Shown here one piece after another: positions 1 through 10,127 of a stretch of 15,979 nucleotides of DNA. A program made the position numbers and the translations under genes. Numbering within the stretch: the stretch's first letter is position 1; each line of letters begins with the position of its first letter. The notes beneath the pieces are model-generated. The model worked only from the letters and a program-made list of their open reading frames with translations. It ran no database searches and was not told where the DNA came from. This stretch comes from Octopus sinensis. Taxonomy: Eukaryota. The DNA is taken from positions 1 through 15,979 of the forward strand of contig NW_021825319.1 in assembly GCF_006345805.1 (NCBI RefSeq). The letters run 5' to 3'.

Positions 1-151
1 TCTTTCAGTTTCCGTCTACCACATCCACTCACAAGGCTTTGATCGACCCGAGGCTATAGTAGAAGACACTTGCCCAATGTGCCACGCAGTGGCACTGAAC
101 TCGGAACCATGTGGTTAGTAAGCAAGCTACTTACCACACAGCCACTCCTAC
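1..151 (-). mobile_element. tRNA-derived SINE, family A (head and core; runs off the window start)
   Basis: Reverse complement reads GTAGGAGTGGCTGTGTGGTAAGTAGCTTGC...GAGTTCAGTGCC (A-box and B-box-like), then TTGGGCAAGTGTCTTCTACTATAGCC. Close copies at 7474-7634 and 13421-13544. Confidence 0.85.
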
Positions 152-395
152 ACCCATACGACTGGTATCGCAGCTACTTAATTTACTTAATTTCAAAGTT
201 CTGCCACAAAATTGTTGCTTTGTTGTAATGGTTAGCAGAGTCAAACGGTTAACAGCCGAAGAAACTTTCGAATGACAAAAGCGATATTGTTATCTACGTG
301 CTATTGAATTCCGGCCAGGCTCTGGAGCCGACTTAAACGGTGTTAGTCGAGCCATAATTGATTTGCACGCCGAAACTTACTGCAAACAGGAAGTT

Positions 396-544
396 GACGG
401 CAGTCTCCTTTCAACTTCCGCCTGTTAAATCCACTTGTCACTTTAGTCGACCCAGAACTATATTAGATGGAACTCATCCAAGGTGGGACTGCATTTAAAA
501 CTATGCGATTAAGAGATAAACTTTTTACTAGAAATAATGCCCGC

Positions 545-547
<3 letters not shown>
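396..547 (-). mobile_element. Highly diverged SINE family A copy
   Basis: Minus strand GGCGCGGG...CAGTCCCACCTTGG...ATATAGTTCTGGGTCGACTAAAG...AGTGGATTT...GGAAGTTGAAAG is colinear with 7474-7634. Confidence 0.6.
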
Positions 548-586
<39 letters not shown>

Positions 587-587
587 C

Positions 588-792
588 GGAGATGTACTCG
601 CATAGCAAGTAATTTGATCTGAGATCGTGTGCTGAAACGAAAACAATTGCAGCACGGACTTTGTCAGTGAACAGGTCGCGGATTTTAGCGACGAGAATAT
701 TTTGACAAATTAAACTTAAATGTTGAAGTGAATCGAACGGCTTTTGTGTGTTTCTTAAATGGCTTATAAACACCTTCCACGCTGCAATTGTT
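588..792. mobile_element. Rearranged copy of the hammerhead-bearing repeat (Penelope-like remnant)
   Basis: 588-653 is the reverse complement of about 2559-2624. 648-792 matches about 2424-2570 directly. The two parts join at TGCAGC (648-653). Confidence 0.8.
660..709 (+). ncRNA. Degenerate hammerhead-like motif (GAAA changed to GAGA)
   Basis: TTTGTCA GTGAACA G GTCGC ggatttta GCGAC GAGA ATAT TT TGACAAA. Stems I and II are intact, the loop differs from the 2437 copy, and A14 is mutated. Confidence 0.5.
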
Positions 793-795
793 GTG

Positions 796-829
<34 letters not shown>

Positions 830-852
830 ATATGTATGTGTATATATATATA

Positions 853-1123
853 CACAAGTCCCGGCAAGGTTGTTTATGGAAGACCAGCAGTCACCCATGT
901 ATATAGACCTCCCCTCCTCACGCCACGTGTGTTATCCAAGGGAAAGGCAAAGGTCGATATAGCTTGACACCTGTGACGTCGCAACTCGTTTCTACAGTGA
1001 GTGAACTGGAGCAACGTGAAATAAAGTGTCTTGCTCAAGAACACAACACGCTGCCTGGCCCGGGAATCGAACTCACAACCTCACGATCGTAAGCTCGACG
1101 CTCTAACCACTGAGCCATGCGCC
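853..1123 (-). mobile_element. tRNA-derived SINE, family B (3' tail truncated)
   Basis: Minus strand GGCGCATGGCTCAGTGGTTAGAGCG...GAGTTCGATTCCC (A and B boxes), then GTGTTGTGTTCTTGAGCAAGACACTTTATTTCACGTTGCTCCAG. Close copy at 4323-4653. Confidence 0.85.
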
Positions 1124-1128
1124 TTCAC

Positions 1129-1259
1129 TATATATATATATATATATTATATATATATAGTATGTGTGTATATATATATTATGTATGTTATATATATATT
1201 ATATATGTATATATATATAGTGAAGGCGCATGGCTCAGTATATATATATATATATATAA

Positions 1260-1303
<44 letters not shown>

Positions 1304-1380
1304 ATATATATAGATGTATGTACGTATGTATATACATATAAATATATATACATATATACATGTATGTGTGTGTGTGTATC
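1129..1380. repeat. (TA)n/(TG)n microsatellite containing a 21-bp inverted copy of the SINE 5' end
   Basis: Dinucleotide runs, with AGTGAAGGCGCATGGCTCAGT at 1219-1239. Confidence 0.9.
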
Positions 1381-2267
1381 TATGATTGATTTTTGTGTCA
1401 ACAACTTGGCTCCTGTTTCTGGTTTTTCACAAATCCATATTGACTTTTAATCAACAGTGTAATTAACCTTAATTATCGAAGTGGATTGATCAAATCGATT
1501 GCATTTGACACGTTTAGACATGTACATTAATCTTATAACCTTAGTAAAATAGTTAAAAATATAATCGACACCCTACATTTGGAGTCAGAAGACAATGGTT
1601 AACACTAGTCACTATATAGCTTTTAATCCGCTTTCAACCAGATTTTACCAATATCTTAGGTCTCACTTGAAAGAAAAGAATCCGATTACAAAATATCTAA
1701 CCTGAGACGAAAAACCCTTTCTCCAGGTAGGAATGATGTAAAAAAATAAATAACAATTATCTGACTACAGCGAATATCCTCTCCTTCCCTTTACCATTAC
1801 CCGCTCAAAAAGGCATTTGTAGTGTTATTGCTGGTTAAATATATGGCCGTATATGTAGAGATAACTGGCATTTAGGTAGAACTAGCAGTATAACCCGGCC
1901 TTGCCCGGGATTAAGTTAGGATTATTAAGTTAATGAAGTTGTTTATTTCTAACCAAACTAAGTAATATCCACGTCAAATTTGGGCAAAATCCGTTGAAAT
2001 TGGTAGGGTTATTTAAAGAAATAAAGATAACTTCTGTTATATGCTTGAAGGCTCTGCTGTCAGGTGTTTGCAATGTTCCTGAGATATTTGAAAGGCAGTG
2101 CTGATATATTAAATAAATGGATTTTCAACAAAATACTTTTTTACTCGGCGTAAAATAAAAACAAAACTATTTCGCACCCAAAGTAATATATGTGTGAGAG
2201 AGAGGGGGGAGAAAGATGAACGATTTAAAATAAATATATTGTAATTGTTGTGTGAGAAATTATTTAT

Positions 2268-2624
2268 AAACAATTGCAGCGTGGAAGGTGTTTGTAAGCC
2301 ATTTAAGAAACACACAAAAGCCGTTCGATTCACTTCAACATTTAAGTTTTATTTGTCAAAATATTTTCGTCGCTATAAGACCGCGACCTGTTCACTGAAA
2401 AAATCCGTGCTGCATCTCGGAGATGCAGCACGGATTTTTGTCAGTGAACAGGTCGCGGTCTTATAGCGACGAAAATATTTTGACAAATAAAACTTAAATG
2501 TTGAAGTGAATCGAACGGCTTTTGTGTGTTTCTTAAATGGCTTACAAACACCTTCCACGCTGCAATTGTTTTCGTTCCAGTACACGACCTCAGATCAAAT
2601 CACTTGCTATGCAAGTACATCTCC
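2268..2624. mobile_element. Penelope-like non-coding repeat as an asymmetric inverted dimer (~150-bp arms)
   Basis: 2268-2418 is the reverse complement of 2420-2571, with a single 1-nt indel seen and a 1-nt spacer. The right arm continues to GTACATCTCC (2624). The monomer 2419-2624 is bounded by GGAGATG...CATCTCC. Confidence 0.8.
2437..2487 (+). ncRNA. Minimal type I hammerhead ribozyme-like motif, G3-C8 variant
   Basis: Stem I TTTGTCA (2437-43) pairs with TGACAAA (2481-87). Core GTGAACA (2444-50) plus an extra G. Stem II GTCGC/GCGAC. GAAA (2471-74), palindromic ATAT loop, U16.1 and U17. A mirror copy lies on the minus strand at about 2352-2401. Confidence 0.65.
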
Positions 2625-3314
2625 AAAATTATATATAATCTGATTATAAAATATAGTGTCTTTCAAAAACATCCTAAATTTGAACACTATATCTCGTGTT
2701 TAAGAAAAAACATTTTACATTTTATTTTTTATGAACGCTGTGACTTACTCTCCCTCCCCCTCTCTCTCTCTCTCACTTTGTCTTTACCTCTTTTTTGTTG
2801 GATCGCTGTCAAACTGTCTCCCACTTTTCCTTACGCATACTTTTTCTTTACTATTTTTGTTAGACGTTGCAAAACACTCTCTCTCCCTCATACACACACA
2901 CACTTACACACATACATCAACACACAACTTCTCTCTCTTCCTCACACACACACTTTCGCTTGGCTATGGCTAGAAGGGACTTAACTCATGTTAACAACCT
3001 TCAAAGTAGGTAAACGCTATGGCTGAAAATAGATTTTTACCGCTATCCGCGGGTGCCTCGGGAAAAAAATAAGTCGAAAAAACCCAGGTAGGATGTTGAC
3101 GAATGTCCTCCTAAAATTGGAGCGACATGCGTGATAATTTGTGGACATACACCAACACACATCCTGCCTTATATATTTACAGATGAGTTCGAGTCTCATG
3201 GCTGGCCGTTGACAAATTTTCCCGCAAAATATGGATATTTTACCCTATTGCTGCTGTTCTCTCAGTATTATTCTGCATTTGAGATTAAAGTATTTCCCTA
3301 TATATATATATATA

Positions 3315-3433
3315 TCACGTGATCACGTGACCGACCATACCATCAGATGTTGTTACACATCGCTCGTCACAATGCGTTCGTATTGTTTTAGCCTTCGAAT
3401 GACACCACCCCGCTGGCTAAGCGAGGAGGCCAA
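3315..3433 (-). mobile_element. 3' tail fragment of SINE family C
   Basis: Minus strand TTGGCCTCCTCGCTTAGCCAGCGGGGTGGTGTCATTCGAAGGCTAAAACAAT... aligns by eye with 3850-3935. Confidence 0.7.
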
Positions 3434-3444
3434 TATATATATAT

Positions 3445-3489
<45 letters not shown>

Positions 3490-3523
3490 TAATAATATAT
3501 ATATATATATATAAATATATATA

Positions 3524-3554
<31 letters not shown>

Positions 3555-3556
3555 AA

Positions 3557-3585
3557 TAGATAGAGATAGACAGATGGTTAGATAA

Positions 3586-3675
<90 letters not shown>
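3557..3675. repeat. (GATA)n microsatellite following (TA)n
   Basis: Direct tandem GATA units. Confidence 0.95.
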
Positions 3676-3684
3676 GTAAACGAT

Positions 3685-3955
3685 AGCGCATGGCCTATTG
3701 ATTAGGGTACTGCACTCACGGTTGATCGTCATTTCGATTTTCGGACCGACCACGTGTTGTGTTATTCAGCAGAACATTTCATTTCATGTTGCTCTGGCCA
3801 GTTCTGCTGTGAATGGGTAACCAAATGACGGACTCGTTTCTCATCAGTGTTGGCCTGCTTGCTAGGCCGGCGAGACGGCATCATTCGAAATTTAAAACAA
3901 TGTCAGCCTCATTCTGAACAGCGGTGTATAACAAGTTCCTCTCGTTTGGGCGATA
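3685..3955 (+). mobile_element. Diverged tRNA-derived SINE, family C (B-type head/core, different tail)
   Basis: GCGCATGGCCTATTGATTAGGG...TTTCGATTTTCGGACCG...GTGTTGTGTTATTCAGCAGAACATTTCATTTCATGTTGCTC, followed by the tail shared with 3315-3433. Confidence 0.7.
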
Positions 3956-4322
3956 CTCTGTTATGTATATATACACACAGATACGCACACGCACGCACGG
4001 ATACACATAGACATACATACTCACACACAGGCACAGCATACGTAGATATTTATGTATATTTATGTTTCTATAAATATATCTACCCTCGTTTCACTCTCTC
4101 CCTGTACATATGCACATTTATGCGCGCGCACACACACACATACACATATATATACGTACACAAATACACACACATATATATGCCTGCTTGGACATGCGTA
4201 TGAAATATATGAACATATATACATATACGTACCTACATACACATACATATATATATATGCATACATTTGTATATATATATATAAATATGTATATATACAT
4301 ATATATACACACGCATATAAAG

Positions 4323-4653
4323 GGGTAAAGACCTCCTTCGGTCATGAATGACCATGGGATTGCACCTAGAAAGTTACTCTCCTAGACACAAGTCCGGGCA
4401 AGGTTGTTTATGGAAGACCAGCAGTCGCCCATGCATACCGGCCTCCCCTCTCCACGCCACCAGTGTTATCCAAGGGAAAGACAAAGGTCGATACAGCTTG
4501 GCACCAGTGACGTCGCAACTCATTTCTACAGCTGAGTGAACTGGAGCAACGTGAAATAAAGTGCCTTGCTCGAGAACACAACACGCAGCCCGGTCCTGGA
4601 TTCGAGCTCACAACCTCACGATCGTAAGCTCGACGTTCTAACCACTGAGTCGC
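4323..4653 (-). mobile_element. tRNA-derived SINE, family B, near full length
   Basis: Colinear with 853-1123 and extends to a 3' tail with the hairpin GGTCAT-ga-ATGACC (4340-4353). Confidence 0.85.
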
Positions 4654-4703
4654 ATATATATATATATATATATATTTTATATGCATACCCACAAGCTCAC
4701 ACA

Positions 4704-4773
<70 letters not shown>

Positions 4774-5590
4774 TGAGTTTGTGTGTATGTATGTATGTAT
4801 GCATATATATATACACATACATATATTTTCAAGTATTTAGCAGGTGGCAAACGGTATACAGTGTTGACGACACAAAGCAGGGCACGAGAGAGTGTACATT
4901 AGTTGGAAAGTGGTTTTGTTGACTCTGTGTTTATACAACAGTTGTATAGCTGTGTTTTGGTGGGCTGGATTGCATCTGAAGTGGACATTTTCTCGATCCT
5001 TACTTCAACAAATGACTGAGGATTGGTCAACGTTAACACATGTCGGCAAACATCATTGTCATCTTCAGTTTAATTCAAAAGATAATATGACGTGAAGTGC
5101 CCATTGTAAGAGTCCTTCGCCCCGAAAACTCGCGAAGTGGGTTGTTTATTGTGAAGGGTGAACAACCGCAAAAACTGGAAAGGTGTGAAGTGAAATTGTT
5201 TTATAATAACGTTGAGTATTTTAGGTCATATAATTAAACGAAAGAATTCATAAAGAAATTTAATCACGGTCATTAGGTTTTATTTAAGTAAGTATGGATA
5301 ATGTATTACAACGACATATAAAGGGACTTAAACGTGCTGAAAATATCGGAGATGTTTAAAATGGGTATTTTGGAATTAAGGGTCTTGACGGAATGTGCTT
5401 TCTTGCTAACAGTTTCGAAGGCAATGTGGATTTATAAACACGCTAAAACGTTGTAATTATTTCAAGCTATCCTGGTAATAAAAGATTTTATGAATAATAA
5501 ATAATACCTACTCATTACACATGCACACACACACACATACACATACACACACATACACACACTCACACACACACACAGATATATATATAC

Positions 5591-5637
<47 letters not shown>

Positions 5638-5751
5638 GAGAGAGAGAGAGATACATACACACATATATACATAGGTAGATAGGTAGATATATAGATAGAC
5701 AAATATAGATGTAGATGCAGCTATAGAAAAATTAATATATACATATCTATA

Positions 5752-5855
5752 CCGTATATACTCGACTAATTGCTAATCTCGTATAAATTCGACCTCCTAC
5801 TTTTGGCCAAAAAATTGGGAATTTTCCATAGACCCTGTATAAATGTCGACCCTAG
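5752..5855 (+). mobile_element. Tc2/pogo-like DNA transposon terminus
   Basis: TA|CCGTATATACTCGA start, with subterminal repeats GTATAAATTCGACC (5781-5794) and GTATAAATGTCGACC (5837-5851). This layout resembles TcMar-Tc2 ends as I recall them. The other end was not found. Confidence 0.5.
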
Positions 5856-5944
5856 TAATTCACAAACAACAGGACAACATTTGTAGGTCAAGGTACTGTA
5901 TTATCTTGTACGTATAAATAACACTGTTACAATATTGTGTAACA

Positions 5945-6744
5945 ATGATACACAACGATCCCTTCAAGTCAATCAGGTCCAACGCCTGGGACATGTGAGT
6001 GTCTGAATTCCTTATCAGACAGTTAGTGCATAAATGCATTCGGTATTGCTCATATAAGATAAGAAGGACAATTTTTTCTCTCAAACCATCAAGGACAAGA
6101 GGAAAGACCGCGCTACGAAGCTTTAAACAAACTGAAGCTTTCCCTCAAACCGAACATGCTTTAGTTTTTCTCAGATGAAAAAAATTTCTGCCAGGATCAG
6201 ATGGTGAACACACAGAACAACCATTGGCCTGACGTGCTCCTAAAACATGTACCGAGAGTGATAAAAATCAGTGAACATCATGATGCTTGCAGTTATCACT
6301 AGTGATGGCGATGTAGTGCCTCCATTCGTCTTCTCACACGGTCTCAGACTGAACACGGAGTCCTACATCAAGTGCCTGGAGGAGGTAGTGTTATCCTGGC
6401 TCAAAAAGGTGGCTGCTGAAAGACCCTGTGTCTGGCAACAGAACTCTGCACCCTGCCACACAAACAGGAGAACACAGTCATGGCTGTCAAACAATTTCTG
6501 CAACCACATCAACCCTAAAAGCTGGCCCCCTATCTCCTCAGACTGCAACCCACTTGGTTATTATGCGCGGGACGCAGTTGAGCGGGAGACCAACAAAACT
6601 TCTAGTAACATCAAAGATGAACTGAATGCAGGGATTATGACAGCATTCACCAACTTAAACAAGAGGACCGCCCTGAAGAGTTGCAGGAGATCCCAAAGTC
6701 GCCTGGAGGCCGTGGTTGAAGCCAATGGCAATTATACTGAATAA
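5945..6744 (+). pseudogene. Decayed Tc1/mariner-superfamily transposase, DD37D (maT) type
   Basis: MIHNDPFKSIRSNAWDM*VSEFLIRQLVH (HTH region), FFSDEKNFCQDQMVNTQNNHW (D1), WQQNSAPCH (D2 to N), WPPISSDCNPLGY (D3 to G). There are 37 residues between the D2 and D3 positions. Stops and frameshifts are present. Confidence 0.9.
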
Positions 6745-6851
6745 ATTACTCATTAGTTTTTCAAGATATTTTAATGTAATTGGGTAAATATATCTGTTAA
6801 AAGGGTATTTTCAGTTTTGCGTAATTCAGACGTTATTCACCACCCCCTGTA
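5945..6851 (+). mobile_element. 5'-truncated maT-like transposon with right terminus
   Basis: The transposase remnant is followed by ...TTATTCACCACCCCCTG|TA, a CAGGG-type TIR end plus TA target. No left TIR seen. Confidence 0.75.
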
Positions 6852-6860
6852 TATATATAT

Positions 6861-6925
<65 letters not shown>

Positions 6926-7174
6926 GTAATATAATATTAATAAGAATTATAAGAATTATAAAAATAAAACAACAAACGAACGGTTGAGTGGGAGATAGAA
7001 TTTTAAAAAGTCCGGAAAACTACGAAAGAAATGTAAAATAGGAAAATTGAATTTTCATGCAAATCGATTAGGCTCGGAAGCAATGATGGATCTGACATTT
7101 ATTTCAAATATGTTATATCTATTAATTAAGGTCGTCGTTCATCGCGGGGATCCACTCGGGTTTATAATGATATA

Positions 7175-7233
<59 letters not shown>

Positions 7234-7434
7234 CAGAGTCGCACTAAGTATACTGAGAATCGGAGTTATAGCAATGAGATTAACATGTACTTGGTAGTAG
7301 GGAAAACAGCACTCCTTGTTACTCATATTTAAATATTAAAGGACATTCATCTCTTTTCCCCTGCCCTTCACTTTTTCTCTTTTTATATCTGACTTCCTGT
7401 ATTGGACCATGTCACACGGGCTTTCTATAAACAA

Positions 7435-7473
<39 letters not shown>

Positions 7474-7475
<2 letters not shown>

Positions 7476-7634
7476 CGCAGGAATGGCTGTGTGGTTAGTA
7501 GCTTGCTTACCAACCACATAGTTCCAGGTTCAGTCCCACTGCGTGGCACCTTGGGCAAGTGTCTTCTACTATAGCCTTGGGCCGACTAAAGCCTTCTGAG
7601 TGGATTTGGTAAACGGAAACTGAAAGAAGCTCGT
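7474..7634 (+). mobile_element. tRNA-derived SINE, family A
   Basis: GGCGCAGGAATGGCTGTGTGGTTAGTAGCTTGC...GGTTCAGTCCC...CCTTGGGCAAGTGTCTTCTACTATAGCC...GGAAACTGAAAGAAGC; matches 1-151. Confidence 0.88.
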
Positions 7635-8062
7635 GGTACATATGTGTCTGTGTGTTTATTGATATGTATACATATATGCATAAATAGTTATATATATATG
7701 TATGTACGTGCGTACATATATATATGTATGTATGTACGTGCATACATATATCTATATATATGTACGTATATATATATGCACGCACGCCACGCACATATAC
7801 ACACACATATACGCACTTTTACATGAATCAGCTAATATATGCAAGAGGAAATGCTGACATACATTCACGTACATCTCCACACAGTAAAATAGAAACACAC
7901 AAATACATACACACATACACATGCACAAACACACATTACACCACAGTGATATCCATATACCTTATAATTACTTCTAATTACCCATATATACACACATATA
8001 TATATACAAACGTATATATATATAAATACGTATATACACAGACACATATATGTATGTGTGTG

Positions 8063-8094
<32 letters not shown>

Positions 8095-8152
8095 CATACA
8101 CCTATATATATATACATATATATTTATGTATATACATGTACATATATTCGTA

Positions 8153-8221
<69 letters not shown>

Positions 8222-8520
8222 CATATATAGAGAGAGGATATATACGTATACACATATGCATATATGTAATATATATTCCTACAGATGTAGACAAATACAT
8301 ACGCATATATATTCGTAAACCACTAGAGATTTAACCATGCATGTATGCAGACAGAAATCCATACAAGCCACATGCACGCAAGACACTTAATTACATACAT
8401 ATGCAATTCCGATAAAGCACGCACAGACACAGACATGTTGACATATACATACGTATTCACTTTAATACTTGCAGAGATACAACGATATACCTACACCTAC
8501 ACACACACACACACACATGG
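7635..8520. repeat. Compound (TA)n/(CA)n/(TACA)n low-complexity tract
   Basis: Alternating purine-pyrimidine runs, which account for the Y/I/H/T-rich ORFs here. Confidence 0.85.
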
Positions 8521-8777
8521 CAAACGAAAGGAATTGGTAACCTTGACGTTTGAACCTTGAAATGATCAAAGACGCTCGAAAAATGTAAATATTAAATGTA
8601 CTATTAATAGTAGATATGAGAGAAAATGGCGGAATTGCAGAGATCACGTGAGCGGTGTTACTTTTTAATGGGATTTCTGGGGAAAATCTAACGACAGACG
8701 ACTTATATAACCGTATCATATTATCAATACTAACTCCAACGCTTGCAGCCTACATAAAGATGAAACAGGCATGGAAA

Positions 8778-8903
8778 ACACATGGTTCCTGGTTCAGTCC
8801 CATTGCGTGGGACTTTGGACGGGTACTTATCTAATATAGCCTCGAGCCGACCAAAATCTTGTGAGTGGAATAGGTAGTCAGAAACTGAAAGAAACCCGTC
8901 ATC
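8778..8903 (+). mobile_element. Diverged 5'-truncated SINE family A copy
   Basis: CACATGGTTCCTGGTTCAGTCCCATTGCGTGG...ATAGCCTCGAGCCGACC...GAAACTGAAAGAAACCCGTC. Confidence 0.75.
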
Positions 8904-8915
8904 TATACACACACA

Positions 8916-8971
<56 letters not shown>

Positions 8972-8978
<7 letters not shown>

Positions 8979-9244
8979 TAGAAGAAATGAGGTAATCAGA
9001 AAATCGGATGTTTATATTTACAGATATTTATTTATATATTACATTTTATATATATATATCATATCACTTAGATCATTAGCGCTTTCTCCATTCTAGAGGG
9101 GTTTTCAAATCAAACCCCACTAGAATGGAGAAAGCGCTAATGATCTAAGTGATATGATATATATGTAAAAATGTAATATATAAATAAATATCTGTAAATA
9201 TAAACCATCCGATCTTCTGATTACCTCATTTCTTCTAATATATA
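8972..9244. repeat. Long palindrome with ~133-bp arms and a 7-nt loop
   Basis: TTAGAAGAAATGAGGTAATCAGA...TTCTAGAGGGGTTT (to 9104), loop TCAAATC, then AAACCCCACTAGAA...TCTGATTACCTCATTTCTTCTAA, with few mismatches. Confidence 0.92.
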
Positions 9245-9492
9245 ATACCTGTACATCATCTCCCACCCTCCAACCTTCCAATAATATATATATAATTATA
9301 TATATATATTATATATATATATATCTATATATATATATATATATATATATATAGATATATATATATATATAAGCTTGATAAACTTAGATATGTTTCGACC
9401 AGAGATTGGTCCAGGCCATGTCTAACTTAATAGCACCACCTGATATATATATATATATATACTTATATATAGATATATACATGCACACACAC

Positions 9493-9551
<59 letters not shown>

Positions 9552-9615
9552 ATATATATATATGCTGAAAATCATAAAAAAGAAAAAAAAAAGTATCATT
9601 ATGAGACACGTGTGA

Positions 9616-9835
9616 GGCTGGGTGCTGGCAGAATGGTTAGCCACGCCATATAAAATTCTTGGCTGCATTTCGTCTGGTTTTATGCTCTGAGTTCAAATTG
9701 TGCCGAGGTCGACTTTGCCTTTCATCCTTTCGGGGTCGATAAACTAAGTACCAGTCAATTACTGGCTTTGATGTGATCGACCATCTCCCCACCACCACAC
9801 CACAAATTTATGGCCTCGTGCCTATATTAGAAATA
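9616..9835 (+). mobile_element. tRNA-derived SINE, family D
   Basis: GCTGGCAGAATGGTTAGC (A box), GAGTTCAAATT (B box), core GCCGAGGTCGACTTTGCCTTTCATCCTTTCGGGGTCGATAAA.TAAGTACCAG, which resembles the Meta-SINE central domain as I recall it. Confidence 0.82.
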
Positions 9836-9935
9836 TTTATGAGTCAATAGTTACTTCGAAGTTTCTCTAGACTTGGCTTTCCAAAGAGCATTGATATGAA
9901 AAGTGTTGTACATATGTGTGTGTGTGTTTGTATTC

Positions 9936-10127
9936 TTTTCTACTCTAGGCACAAGACCCGAAATTTTGGAGGAGGGGCCAGTCGATTAGTTCGACCCCAG
10001 TACGTAACTGGTACTTAATTTATCGACCCCGAAAGGACGAAAGCAAAGTCGACCTCGGCGGATTTTGAACACAGAACGTAAAGACAGACGAAATACCGCT
10101 AAGCATTTCGCCCGGCGTGCTAACGTT
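9936..10127 (-). mobile_element. SINE family D copy, head clipped
   Basis: Reverse complement of the 9616-9835 core and tail (CTCTAGGCACAAGACCCGAAATTT...GGTACTTAATTTATCGACCCCGAAAGGA). Confidence 0.82.

Larger units (their letters stand above)
1882..3183 (-). mobile_element. Probable non-autonomous Helitron
   Basis: The minus-strand 3' end reads CCCGG-gcaagg-CCGGG hairpin (1894-1909), 8 nt, then CTAG|T. A candidate 5' end A|TC lies at 3184/3183. These are canonical Helitron termini in an A|T target. Pairing the two ends into one element is inferred. Confidence 0.55.

Noticed and set aside
1050-1123. Functional tRNA gene
   Set aside because: A and B boxes are present, but there is no clean cloverleaf and it continues into a SINE core repeated elsewhere in the window.
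2245-2585. Two ORFs on opposite strands encoding the same peptide (NNCSVEGVCKPFKKHTKAVRF)
   Set aside because: This follows directly from the DNA palindrome; nothing indicates coding.
3832-3850. Minus-strand CTGATGA-GAAAC
   Set aside because: There is no stem II between the core halves, no stem I pairing, and it lies antisense inside a SINE.
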